A stretch of DNA of 60,338 nucleotides from Octopus sinensis (lineage: Eukaryota): positions 1 to 60,338 of the forward strand of contig NW_021832252.1 of the NCBI RefSeq assembly GCF_006345805.1, in the 5' to 3' direction. This document shows, in pieces, positions 45,269-56,899 of this stretch (position 1 is its first letter; every line of letters starts with the position of its first letter). Below the pieces are notes generated by a model. That model was not told the origin of the DNA, made no database searches, and saw nothing but the letters and a program-made list of their open reading frames with translations. The translations under genes and the position numbers were made by a program.

Positions 45269-46472
45269 TCTTGCTTCTTAAGACAGAAGCAAGATGGGAC
45301 TTTCTCAAGATGAGCAAAGGCAAGCCGCAGCACGTCAGATGGAGTCTCAATACAGAAGGGAGATGAGACTTTTGCAAGATCAGCAAACACATGCTGCAGC
45401 ATTTAATGCTTAGCCATTAAAACATTTTAATGATTAGACAGTGGTCCAATAGAATAGCTCTCACAAACAGACTATGTATAAATGCGTTCTTCACAAATCC
45501 TGGAGCTGCTTTCAGATATAATCCATCCCATTTTTATGAAAATGATAATTTTGGCCAAATTAGTGTGCTAAACTCAAATCGTTGTTTCTGTAAAGCTTTA
45601 AAATTTCCAAATGAAACTAATGGCATGCAATGCCCAGGCAGTAAGGTAATATTGCCAGCACTACCAGCTCCTTCTCAACCTCTTCTGGAAGGTACTTCCA
45701 TCCAGTCAAAGGATTTCCTGAACAATATCAGACAATCCTGCATCACAAATGACATTGTTTGGTGCATCTAAGGAGATAGTTGAACATGGATTTACACTGA
45801 CATTCACAGTCGAAGGGCAAGTCTGTCACCTCAATGGTTCCCTGTTACCCACAAATGAACAACCAACCACATCTTCATCATCATCGTTTAACGTCTGTTT
45901 TCCATGCTAGCATGAGTTGGACGGTACAACCGGGATCTGGGAAACCAGGAGGCTGCACCAGGCTCCAGTCTGATCTGGCAGTGTTTCTACAGCTGGATGC
46001 CCTTCCTAATGCCAACCACTCCGTGAGTATAGTGGGTGCTTTTTACGTGCCACCGGCCAGAGGAGGCTGGCAAATGGCCACGGTCGGTTGGTGCTTTTAT
46101 GTGTCACAGGTCCTCAAAATTTACTTCATGAGTGATGTAGGACAATAAACCCAAAGGAGGTGTCAAAACTTCAGACGATGGGTCATGTTAGATGCAGTAT
46201 CAACTTCCACAAAGGAAAACATATCCACTGACAGCTTTTCGGGACATTCAAAAGCCACATACCCTCCACCCCCAATTTTCCACGACTGGTTAGGGCAAGG
46301 AATACTCGGACAAATGACAAGTCGCTTAGTCCAATTAGCCCATCATTTACTCCACAAATGTTTTGTCATCAATGCAGCACTTTCCTATATCACCTGTTTC
46401 AACATAACTGTAATATATATATACACAAATTATGACATTTTAATACTGAGCAACGCCGGGTATCTCTGCTAG
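45269..46472 (+). mobile_element. Helitron remnant in the ZNF intron
   Basis: Rep N-terminal motifs AFRYNP...CKALKF..E..GM...FLNNIRQ...FGA...GQVCHLNGSLLP...KIYF. 3' end GCAACGCCGGG...CTAG|T at 46469-46473. The 5' boundary is uncertain. Confidence 0.8.
45875..46109 (-). mobile_element. RTE 3' tail nested in the Helitron
   Basis: (CAT)n and the CCATGCTAGCATG palindrome. Confidence 0.85.
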
Positions 46473-46517
46473 TCATTCCATAAAACATAATCGGAGAAAA
46501 TTAAAAAAAAAAAAAAT

Positions 46518-46895
46518 ACGCATGAGTGGCTGTGTGGTAAGTAGCTTGTTTACCAACCACATGGTTCCGGGTTCAGTCCCATTGCGTGGCACCTTTGGCA
46601 AGTGTCTTCTGCTATAGCCTTGGGCCGACCAATGCATTGTGAGTGAATTTGGTAGACGGAAACTGAAAGAAGCCTATCGTATATATGTATGTGTGTGTGT
46701 CTGTGTTTGTCCCCCCAACATCGCTTGACAACCGGTGCTGGTGTGTTTATGTCCCGGTCACTTAGCAGTTCGGCAAAATAGACCGATACATTAAGTACTG
46801 GGCTTACAAAGAATAAGTCCCGGGGTGGAGTTGCTCGATTAAAGGCGGTGCTCCAGCATGGCCGCTGTCAAAATGACTGAAACAAGTAAGAAAAA
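46518..46895 (+). mobile_element. Full-length SINE family A
   Basis: Matches 16598-16980. Confidence 0.88.
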
Positions 46896-47453
46896 GATAA
46901 TACATGTGAGAGTGAAAAGGGAGGGTGGTTTGGGTTCTGCTAGAAACACCAGCAAAACATCCCTTGAATTGTTCACCTTTTCCTCTGAAAATATTTACTT
47001 GTTTTATTTTAACCGAAAAGGCCCCTCCCGTGGTTTTTCAGTTAAAAAAGAAAACGGCCAAAATCGGTTTGGATAGGTATTATTCTAAAGGTTATAGCAA
47101 TCCAGATAACCATAACAAAATCACTTCTTAATTTTATTTTTTACTAAAGTTATACCAGTTTATTAATAGAATGAACTGTCAGTTTTCCAAATTAAAACTT
47201 GAAATGAAAACACTGAAATATCTACTAAAATAATGAAGTATTTATCAAAATAATTGTAATTAAAAATCTGGTGCTTTTTCATAGCCACAAGTAAAATCCA
47301 GATTTTCTAGGCATAATTTACGAAGTTTACTGGACAATAGAATTAATATCGATTTCAGACAAGCAGTATTTAAGACTTTCAAAACTGCCTGCTGTTTCCA
47401 ATTAGCCAGATACATAGGCTTTTACTAAAAAGAAAATATGTGTTACATCTTAC

Positions 47454-47561
47454 CTCTTATAATATATTAGTCGGTGTTTTATAATATTTTTAATTACACA
47501 AATAAGCGATCTAGCGAAAAAGACACATCGAAAAGCCGACACGGAACGTCAACGAAACGAA
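47454..47561 (-). promoter_or_regulatory. Putative promoter motif and non-coding exon 1 of the 44-kb ZNF
   Basis: 26-bp motif at 47536-47561. Donor GAG|GTAAGA at 47454/47453. Confidence 0.55.
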
Positions 47562-47580
47562 TTAAGAATCCGGTTGTTGT

Positions 47581-48654
47581 GCTTCCAGATATTGTACGAT
47601 GGGTTGGTGCCTTCCTCTCAGATCGCACCTTCCAAGTCCAAGTTAATGTTTCGCGGTCCGACGTCTCCAGTGCGAGCAGTGGCGTGCCTCAAGGTTCAGT
47701 GCTTGGGCCCTTATTGTTCTTAGTCTTCATAAATGACTTGCCCGACGACCTCACGCAACACACCCTTCTATTTGCCGACGATGTCAAACTGGTCGCTCCT
47801 CGCGGTGATATAGAGGATCTTCGTCGATGCCTCCACCAAATTTGGAGGTGGTCTAACGAATGGGACCTGTGTCTGAACGTGTCAAAGTGCTGTCATCTGC
47901 CTGTTGGCTCTCCTCCTGCAACTCAACTTGATTTCTAGCCGGGTCATCTGCTGCTGGAGAGGACCGATGAGGTAAAGGACCTGGGTATCTTGGTGGATTC
48001 CTCCTTTTCGCCTTCGGCCCAGTGCATCCATGCTGCCAACAAAGCACGCGGAATTCTGTTCTTGATTTGACAGTCATTCGGAATGCTCACAGCAGCCATA
48101 TTCCTACCACTCTATGTCACGCTGGTGAGACCCATATTGGAGTACGGGATTCAAGCCTCTTCTCCTTATCTCCTCAAAGACATACAGCATCTTGAAAGAG
48201 TCCAGAGGCTGGCTACTCGCATGGTTCATGGTCTCAAAAATTTGTCTTATGAAGAAAGGCTGAGGACGCTCGACCTTTATTCTCTAGAAAAACGCCGCCG
48301 TCGTGGTGATCTCATTCTCGCTCACAACATCATAAGCGGAAAGTGTAACCTCTCAAAAGAGCTGTTCTTCACTCCTGCTCCAGAGCGTCGGCTGCGGGGT
48401 CATTCCGAAAAGCTCTACCTGCGACGATTTCATCTCAATCGAAGGAGAGGAGATTTCTCCGTCCGGGTTGCGGATCCATGGAACAAGCTGCCAGACGAGA
48501 TGGTGAAGATGCCGACGACCGCTTTGTTCAAAGTCTCCCTTGACCTCAAGTGGCCTGAACTCTTTACATGAACACCACCCTGTACTTAACTCCATGTCCC
48601 CCTACATGGCCTTGCTATTTGCTTTTGAGCCAAAAATTAACTAACTAACTAACT
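47581..48654 (+). mobile_element. CR1/L2 family A LINE (duplicate of 90-1163), inserted just upstream of the promoter motif
   Basis: Splits the promoter-region repeat that is uninterrupted at 25630-25680. Confidence 0.9.
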
Positions 48655-48882
48655 TCCCTTATTAATAACACTTTTGTCTGATGCTAAAAGTAAAGTGGTA
48701 AATTTTTAAAAATGTGAATTGTAAGAAAAAATCCAAATAACAAATGATACAAAGCTAGAAGCTGACATTTTTATTGCTACTTTTACGTCCTCCGCGTACC
48801 GAACCACAATGTCAAAGAAAGCAACACGACTTGTCAGATAGTGGTGGGTGTGGGGCACAGACACGTGTGTATTACTCCCATC

Positions 48883-49287
48883 GGATCTTTTCCGTTTGAA
48901 CGGCAGTTTTTTCTCGCAGTATCATATGAAATTGTCACCCATAATTATGACCCTAGTATCGATCTATTGCATTTCAATCTGTTTTAGGGTTAGGGGTGGG
49001 GGGAAGGGTATATTTTTTTCTTCACAAATGTAAATAAGCCCAATCTGTTTCTTAAACGAGGGACATATTCAAACGGCACAGAATGTTTTCACCTCAATAG
49101 ACGTCATTGATTAGTTGAAATTGCAGAAATAAAAAAACAACAAATATCTTACAAACTATAGAATTTTCTCAATAAAGCAAAGAGAAAAAGATGTTTTATA
49201 AACACATTCTACCAGTATACGAAGTTTAAAAGTGCTTAGTTACGTGGAAATTATTTTAAAAAACTGCCGGTCAAACAGAAAAGATCC
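48883..49287. mobile_element. MITE (duplicate of 1392-1796)
   Basis: Offset 47491. Confidence 0.75.
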
Positions 49288-49732
49288 ATGTTCTGCAGCA
49301 AAAGAGTCGGATGGTATAGCTACTAGATTTAAAATGTTTTGGTATAGTCTTTCTTATTCGCAAAATGATCCCTCCCCATCATTAATTTTGCTTAGATCGT
49401 TGTCAATTTTGGTTTATCGATGCAACATTGAAGTCTGATTACGATCAACCCATTACTTTCTCTCGTAAATTAAAGAATCTGATGTAATTTGGCATTAAAG
49501 TTAGGAAATTTGGGTAGTTTTAGCCAATCAATAGACAGCGTGGCATTAACAGCTTGTTGCCATGACAACATCACGCTGCTTTGTAATTCACTGTTGTCTC
49601 TGTTGATTTTTCACACTTGATTCTTCACCTTCGTGTTTTGTTTTAATCTTTCTGTTAGTTAGTATTTTAAATACTAAGTTGGCCTCCGACTTGGTTGGCT
49701 GTTTATATCGCCTGTCTATATCGAGCGCAAAC

Positions 49733-50250
49733 GGATCTTTTCCTTTTGAACGGCAGTTTTCAACACAATTTCTAGTTAACTAAACACTTTTAAGCTTCGT
49801 ATACTGGTAGAAGGTGTTTATAAAACATCATTTTTTCTTGGCTTCATTGAGAAAATTCTATAGTTTGTAACACATTTCCACTTTAAAATCGAGCATTTCG
49901 GCAATTTTAACCAATTAAATATGTCCATTTGGAGTCAAAACATACCGTGCTGTATGAATATGTCCCTTGTTTAAGAAACAGATTGAGTTTGTTTACATTT
50001 GCGAAAAAAAAAAGATACGCTTCCCCAACCCCTAACTCTAACTAAACCTAACCCTAAAATAGATTGAAATGCAAAGATCGATACTAGGGTTATAATTATG
50101 GGTGACATTTTCATTTGACACCGTTAGAAAAAAATCCCATTTTCTGTAAAAATGATGTTTTATAAACACATTCTACCAGTAGACGAAGTTTAAAAGTGTT
50201 TAGTTAACTAGACATTGTGTTGACATCTGCCATTCAAAAGGAAAAGATCC
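49733..50250. mobile_element. MITE with 8-bp TSD (duplicate of 2239-2754)
   Basis: Flanks gcgcaaac / acgcaaac. Confidence 0.85.
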
Positions 50251-51256
50251 ACGCAAACTTGTACGAAGTACAGACGTCTGCGTGTTAATATACATCTCAG
50301 GAAAAACAGCCTTCTCATATTCAATAAGATTGGTGGCACCCTGGTAGTACATATCATTGTGGAAAACGTAAAACCACCCATAATTGTTATATATATATTA
50401 ATTACCAGAGTGACCCACGACTTGACTGGTTACAGACGCTGAGTACTATTTACGAAAAGTGGCCCGCTGCGCGCCATCGCGCTAGCTAGTTGTGACTAGT
50501 CAATCCACGACTACCTAGCGCGAGTGCACGTATGCAAACTAATAGATGCGCGCATGTATTATAAATCCTCGAGTATAATTCTCATTTTACCCCCCAAATT
50601 TAAAGGTCAAAATGCCAGGTTGGATTATATAAGGTTAAAATGAAAATATTTTTAAGCAATGTCCGAGTCTCTATTTGCTGTCCGGCAATGTTTATTCAAA
50701 CGCATTTTGTGATGTCGGGCGTGAAAATACCTTAAGCTAAGCCTGAAAGCAATGAAGTCATAAAAGAATCATCCATAACTTGCAGTAAGCAACATTTATT
50801 AAACGTTATTACTGTTATTTCTTTATTTTCTGCAAACAAAATACACAAAAAAGCTACACGTTTGCATTATGTTATATATACAATAATAATAAAGGACGTT
50901 ACCATATACATTTTTACAAACCAAGGATGTTATATAGACCTCCTTGACTCAGGTTAGAGAAGGGGTGCATATTATATACAAGGTTTAGGTTTTTCAGAGG
51001 TACAGCCCCCTAAAAATTCCCCTGCGTATTAACTCAAGAGCGGACTACACTCAAAGATTTAGATATGTATTTAAAGGCTGTATATCAAATAATTTTTTTT
51101 TTTTAAAACAAGGTAAATAATTTTTTCAAACAAATAAATAATTATCAACTAATTAGGGAGAGAGTCAGTTTAGATGAGATGCAGTTTGGGTTCATGCCAG
51201 GGAAAAGCACCACTGATGCTATATATTTCTGGTAAGACAGATGCAGGAGAAATACC

Positions 51257-51923
51257 TGATCTTTTTCTTTTGAACGGCAGTTTTCAACACAATTTCTAGT
51301 TAATTAAACACTTTTAAACTTCGTATACTGGTAGAATGTATCAAAATAAAACATTTTTTTCTCTTGGCTTTCTTTAGAAAATTGCAATTTGTAAGTTTAA
51401 CGTAGTTGAATTTTTCGAATTTTAACCAATCAATGGCCTCTATTGAGCTAAAATCATTTGCTGCGTCTAAAACTGAGACAACCCTAAATTTTAGCCTTTC
51501 GTTTTTTTTTTCTTAATTGTTAAATTAATTTAAGGATAATAATTAAGAAAGAAAAAATGAAAGGCTAAAACAAAAGCAAAAACTCAACAAAAACAAAACG
51601 AATAATTTTAGACACACGTGTAACAATTAAATTAATTTAACAATTAAGAAAAAAAAACGAAAGGCTAAAATTTAGGGTTAGGGTTAGTGACAGGATGTTG
51701 TATCAGTTTTAGATGCAGCAAATGATTTTAGCTCAATAGAGGTCATAGGATTGGTTAAAATTCGAAAAATTAAACTACGTTAAACAAACAGATTACAATT
51801 TTCTCAAGAAAGCCAAGAGAAAAAAATGTTTTATTTTGATACATTCTACCAATATACGAAGTTCAAAAGTGTTTGGTTAACTAGAAATTATGTTGAAAAC
51901 TGCCGTTCAAAAGGAAAAGATCT
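51257..51923. mobile_element. Foldback MITE (duplicate of 3767-4437)
   Basis: Long inverted arms with the same flanks. Confidence 0.9.
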
Positions 51924-51956
51924 GACTTAGTGTAATTTACTGCAGATATTACAGTT

Positions 51957-53009
51957 CTATGGTTTCTCTCCTGTATGAATGTTTTTATGAGAGGTTAAAG
52001 AGCGCAAGCAAGACAATGATTTACCACAAATATCACACTCATACAGTTTCTCTCCAGTATGAATAGATTTGTGATAAGTAAGGCTATGCTTATGGGAGAA
52101 TGATTTACCACAAATATCACACTGATATGGTTTCTCTCCTGTATGAATGGATTTGTGAGGAGTAAGGCTATGATTATGAGAGAATGATTTACCACAAATA
52201 TCACACCTATATGGTTTCTCTCCTGTATGAATGTGTTTGTGAGAGGTAAGGCTACTCCTATTAGGAAATGATTTACCACAAATATCACAGTGATAAGGTT
52301 TCTCTCCTGTATGAGTGGATTTGTGTCTTGTAAGGTGACTTTTATGAGAGAATGATTTACCACAAATATCACACTGATATGGTTTCTCACCTGTATGAAT
52401 GTATTTGTGAGAGGTAAGGCTACTGATATGAGAGAATGATTTACCACAAATATCACAATGATATGGTTTCTCTCCTGTATGAATGTGTTTGTGAGAGGTA
52501 AGGCTACTTTTCTGAGAGAATGATTTACCACAAATATCACAATGATATGGTTTCTCACCTGTATGAATGTATTTGTGAGAGGTAAGGCTACTGATATGAG
52601 AGAATGATTTACCACAAATATCACAATGATATGGTTTCTCTCCTGTATGAATGTGTTTGTGAGAGGTAAGGTTACTCCTATTAGGAAATGATTTACCACA
52701 AATATCACAGTGATAAGGTTTCTCTCCTGTATGAGTGGATTTGTGTCTTGTAAGGTTACTTTTATCAGAGAATGATTTACCACAAATATCACACTGATAT
52801 GGTTTCTCACCTGTATGAATGTATTTGTGAGAGGTAAGGCTACTGATATGAGAGAATGATTTACCACAAATATCACAATGATATTGTTTCCCCCCTGCAT
52901 GAATGAATTTGTGAACAATGAGATTTCCCTTATTAGAAAAAGTCTTTTTACAGATATCACATCGGTATGATAACTTTTTTCTTTCTTTTGTCATCTCTTG
53001 AGGATTCAT
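51957..53009 (-). CDS. C2H2 ZNF, intact ORF, 12 fingers
   Basis: [17 protein letters not shown] leader, 12 uninterrupted fingers, TAG at 51957. Acceptor at 53337. Exon 1 not recognised. Confidence 0.9.
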   Translation of the reverse strand: MNPQEMTKERKKLSYRCDICKKTFSNKGNLIVHKFIHAGGKQYHCDICGKSFSHISSLTSHKYIHTGEKPYQCDICGKSFSDKSNLTRHKSTHTGEKPYHCDICGKSFPNRSNLTSHKHIHTGEKPYHCDICGKSFSHISSLTSHKYIHTGEKPYHCDICGKSFSQKSSLTSHKHIHTGEKPYHCDICGKSFSHISSLTSHKYIHTGEKPYQCDICGKSFSHKSHLTRHKSTHTGEKPYHCDICGKSFPNRSSLTSHKHIHTGEKPYRCDICGKSFSHNHSLTPHKSIHTGEKPYQCDICGKSFSHKHSLTYHKSIHTGEKLYECDICGKSLSCLRSLTSHKNIHTGEKP

Positions 53010-53488
53010 TATTGTTCTATAGTATACAAGCACAAAATATAATTTTGCTTCCTTTTTTATATATTTCTATTGCTTATATTTCCAGCAGTTCTGATCTTCA
53101 TCAATATCTGAAGATGATACAAACACCTTTGCAGATATCTCCCACTCCAAACAGAATGTGAAAGACTTTAGCAAATATTCCAGGCAATGATGGAAACAAA
53201 TGTTGCCATTAATTCAGAAGAAATATTTCACAATTTTCCACCATAGACAAATCGTATAAAAAGAGTTATGTCAAATATTTATAACATCTTCCATTAGATG
53301 ATCAATATTCATGAAGTATCACTAACATTTCACCTCCTGAAATGACACAGAAACAGAAGAAGATATAGGAAAGACTCAAAAAGCAGAGATTTAACTATAA
53401 AATATAACTACATCTTCATAATGATAAACTGTGGATATAATCCTTTAATTTGTCTTTGAAATTTATTTATAGTAATTTATAATATGGT

Positions 53489-53711
53489 AACCCTTTTGTT
53501 ACCATATTTCTGCTGAGATTCAGTGTGTTTCTTTCAATTATTTTAAATATAATAAAGAACTTAGTAAACTAACTTAGTTATCATTCAACTAGTGTTAGGA
53601 ACATAAATTGGAACTAAGGTTTGGTGGAAGATTTTAATTCAAAACTTATGAAAACAAGACATTTTACCACAGAGCCAGAGCCAGTTTTGGCCGGGTTAGT
53701 AACAAAAGGGT
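53489..53711. mobile_element. piggyBac-like MITE
   Basis: TIR ACCCTTTTGTTAC / GTAACAAAAGGGT. Absent from the 45.1-kb paralogous intron. Confidence 0.7.
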
Positions 53712-53823
53712 GTTGTCTTTGAAATTTATTTTGTTATTAAAATTATATGATACAACCTTGTATAATGTCTACATATACACGGACTTCAGTTCCTCTTCCT
53801 TCAGATATTATGTAAAACATTAT

Positions 53824-54043
53824 CCCTTTAGTGTTCAGATTATTCTGTTAAATGTAATTCTTTTTCACTCAAATTGTTTTGAATTAATCATGCATTATCT
53901 TATAGCTTTGAGGTTTCAATGATGTGATTGTTTATTTCTAGAATGTCAATGTAGGTTAGGTGTGAGAGGCTAGATACCGCCAGTTTGAATATAAAACATG
54001 CAGAATATCTGGGCCTGATATGGCTGGTTTAAACAATAAAGGG
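53824..54043. mobile_element. piggyBac-like MITE at a TTAA site
   Basis: CCCTTTA...TAAAGGG termini. The empty site AAAACATTAAATTAC is near 45237. Confidence 0.7.
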
Positions 54044-54338
54044 TTCAACTATAGGATATTGGACAATAATATGATAAGTGACTACTGTTTAACCCTAGGT
54101 TATCCCTGACTGAGCACATCTATTATTAATGAAATTAGGTAATATTCATGATTGTAACAACTTCTGTAACAGATCAAACATAAACTAGAATTTAGTGAAC
54201 CAACCCATCATGACTTTTCCTCTCGTAACTTTATTAATAATAAAAACAAACTGCACTCACATATGTTGAAGGTGTGGTCACTAATTTAGAGAAAGTGTTC
54301 TGTGAATTGACGTATGAAGAGTAGAGCCAGGACAGAAT

Positions 54339-54824
54339 GGCGATCCTTCGGTATAGGTACACACGTGACTTTGTTTACATTTCTGAACCCTAACAGAAAC
54401 CCTTTTCTCCCACCCCTAACCCTAACAGAAACACTCATCACCATCATTGTTCGTCCGTGGTCGAGACAATGGAATTTACCATGCTACGCCAGACTTCACA
54501 GTCCATCATGGCATTACGTAGGTACTGTTGCTCGATGCCTGTATCCCTGGAGATTACATCAGGGTAGGAGAGTGTGTGCCGTCTGGTATTGCGAGTAGAT
54601 GGCTTCCAGAGGAGGAGAGTAGAAATTACCTCTTTTTCAGCTCTACAACAATGTCCAGCACACTGGACTCTCCTACCTTTCACAAGAGATGACACAGGTG
54701 GTAGTTTCCCATATATTTGCATTTACAGAAACCCTACCCCCCCCCCCACTATAAAAAAAAACACTTTTTTGAAATGTATCCAGTACTTCCGGAAGTACAC
54801 CGGTACTTATACCGTAAGATCGCC
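54339..54824. mobile_element. GGCGATC-family DNA element containing an RTE 3' fragment (~54444-54722, minus strand)
   Basis: Termini GGCGATCCTTCGGTATA and TATACCGTAAGATCGCC. CCCTAA repeats. No TSD found. Confidence 0.75.
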
Positions 54825-56400
54825 TTTCTTTTTAAAACAAAGTAAATAAAACACAAACACACAGGTACTACTAGCGAAGACTGGACCCGGTACGCGCTAG
54901 CTAGTCGTAAGTAGTCGATCCTACAACGACTTGCGCGTATGCAAATGAGTTGATTTTACAGAATAAAATAAAAGAATTTTTTAAAGAAAGTAAACAAATT
55001 ATTTCTTAGAACAATGTATATTATTTTTTTACACAAATCAAATAAAATGTGTGTGATATATTCTTTCGTAAATAATTTCTTTTTCTTTAAACTAAGTAAG
55101 TAAAACAAAAACACAAAGTAAGGATCTACTAGTCACGACTAACGAGCGCGAGTGCGCACACCGGGATCACTCTTCTTAAGCAGTACCCTTTTAACTTACT
55201 CAACACATCGAAACAATCAGATATATGGCATGACACATATATAATAGAAATGTTTATATAAATATAATACTTACACAGTAATATATATATATATATATGT
55301 ATATATGCAGAGTGAGTCAACGAGGAAGGTGTGAGAAGAATATATTGTAGTGAAAACTAAAGTCAGAGTGGACAAAGAGAGCTTCAAGAGAATTTCTTCC
55401 GCTTTACAACAAACGTTAATTAATATTTTTCAGGTGCATATAATCAAAAATGCTGCATCTGTTTCTTTACAAATTTAATTACCAATCGTGTATATATTTA
55501 ATTCGGTTTTCTCTTAAATATCAGTTGTAAAGTGGAACCGATCAAGCAATAAAAATGCGTAAGAAACCGGAGCAAGAAAGCCTTTTACGAATCTATGTGA
55601 AGCACCTCAGCTCTTAATTAAAAACAGATGTTAGAAATAGAGTGATTTCCCCTTGTCTGTTAATTGCTAAATCTTTCCAATTCTGTTTCCTTGTTTAAGA
55701 GAGAACCCAATTGAATATACACACGTTTGATAATTAACTGTGACTTGTTTTTCTCCCTCGTGACCGATTCACTTTCGGTTTTGGCTGTTTACGTCATCGT
55801 AACTTAGCGATTCAACGAAAGGGGAACGAAGGAATGAGTAGCAGTGTGAAGAGAGATAAGCGCAGCCTTCGATGAGTGTGAGTAAACAAGTCGATGTGGT
55901 GCTCCACCATGGCCTTGTCCAAGAATTGAAACCAGTAAACGACGGACGAGAAAATCTATTTTGTAGGTAATTTGTATCAAGGGAGAGAACTCTTATATAT
56001 AAACCACGTATATTTGAGAGTAGTCTCCCTTAAAAGTTAAACAACAGCATACGGCTTTCAAGTGGTTCCAAGGCATTGTTCAAGGGATGTAACTCCCGCA
56101 CAATATATTTGTGAGTAGTCTCCCTTAACCCCAAACGTTATGCCAGCGTTATAGTGTAGAGGGTGAGAGATGTAGATGAAGAGAGGCAGACATACAACAG
56201 TCGGACAGACACGTAAATCGGTGGGTGAAGGATAAACACATATTCTGTGTCATTCCATAAATAATGCGGGTTTAAAAAAATTTTTTTTTCAAAATTAAGG
56301 GTTTTTAATCTAAAATTTTCTACATATATATATGTGTGTGTGTACATATATGTATATATAAAAATGTGCGTGTGTGTATATATTTATATATATATATATG

Positions 56401-56622
56401 TATTTCTTTACTACCCACAAGGGGCTAAACATAGAGGGGACAGACAAAGGGATTAAGTCGATTACATCGACCCCAGTGGGTAACTGGTACTTAATTTATC
56501 GACCCCGAAAGGATGAAAGGCAAAGTCGACCTCAGTGGAATTTGAACTCACAACGTAACGACAGACGAAATACTGCTAAGCATTTCGCCTGGCGTGCTAA
56601 CGTTTCTGCCAGCTCGCCGCCT
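56401..56622 (-). mobile_element. Full-length SINE family B
   Basis: Reverse complement of the 39872-type element. Confidence 0.88.
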
Positions 56623-56899
56623 TTGATATATATATATGTTTGTATCATATACCATGCCTGGTTGTTGACAAATTTTTAAATGGCGGTGCCCCGGCGTGGC
56701 CACGGCTCATGGGCTGAGGGCGGATGGAGTGAAAGGAAAAAAATATATATATATGCGTGTGTATGCTTGAATGTGTATATATATATATATATATACATAA
56801 TTATTTATATATTTTTTTTTCATTTCATTCCATCTAGTTTCAGCTCGTGAGCTGTGGCTGTGCTGGGGCACCGCTATTTAGAAATTCAACAATCGGCCA

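Noticed and set aside
51995-52960. Alternative-frame ORFs of the [16 protein letters not shown] type (here 321 aa; also in every other array)
   Set aside because: This is the usual shifted reading frame of C2H2-TGEKP arrays, with no independent evidence of coding.
55170-55830. Possible exon 1 or promoter of the 52-kb gene (GTAAGT donor near 55196, partial TCAACGAAA at ~55811)
   Set aside because: The matches are too short, and the spacing differs from the 80-110 nt seen in the clear copies.
55981-56125. Short direct repeat ATATTTG(A/T)GAGTAGTCTCCCTTAA and small inverted GGGAGA/TCTCCC
   Set aside because: Only two copies with no TSD or family support; not interpretable.
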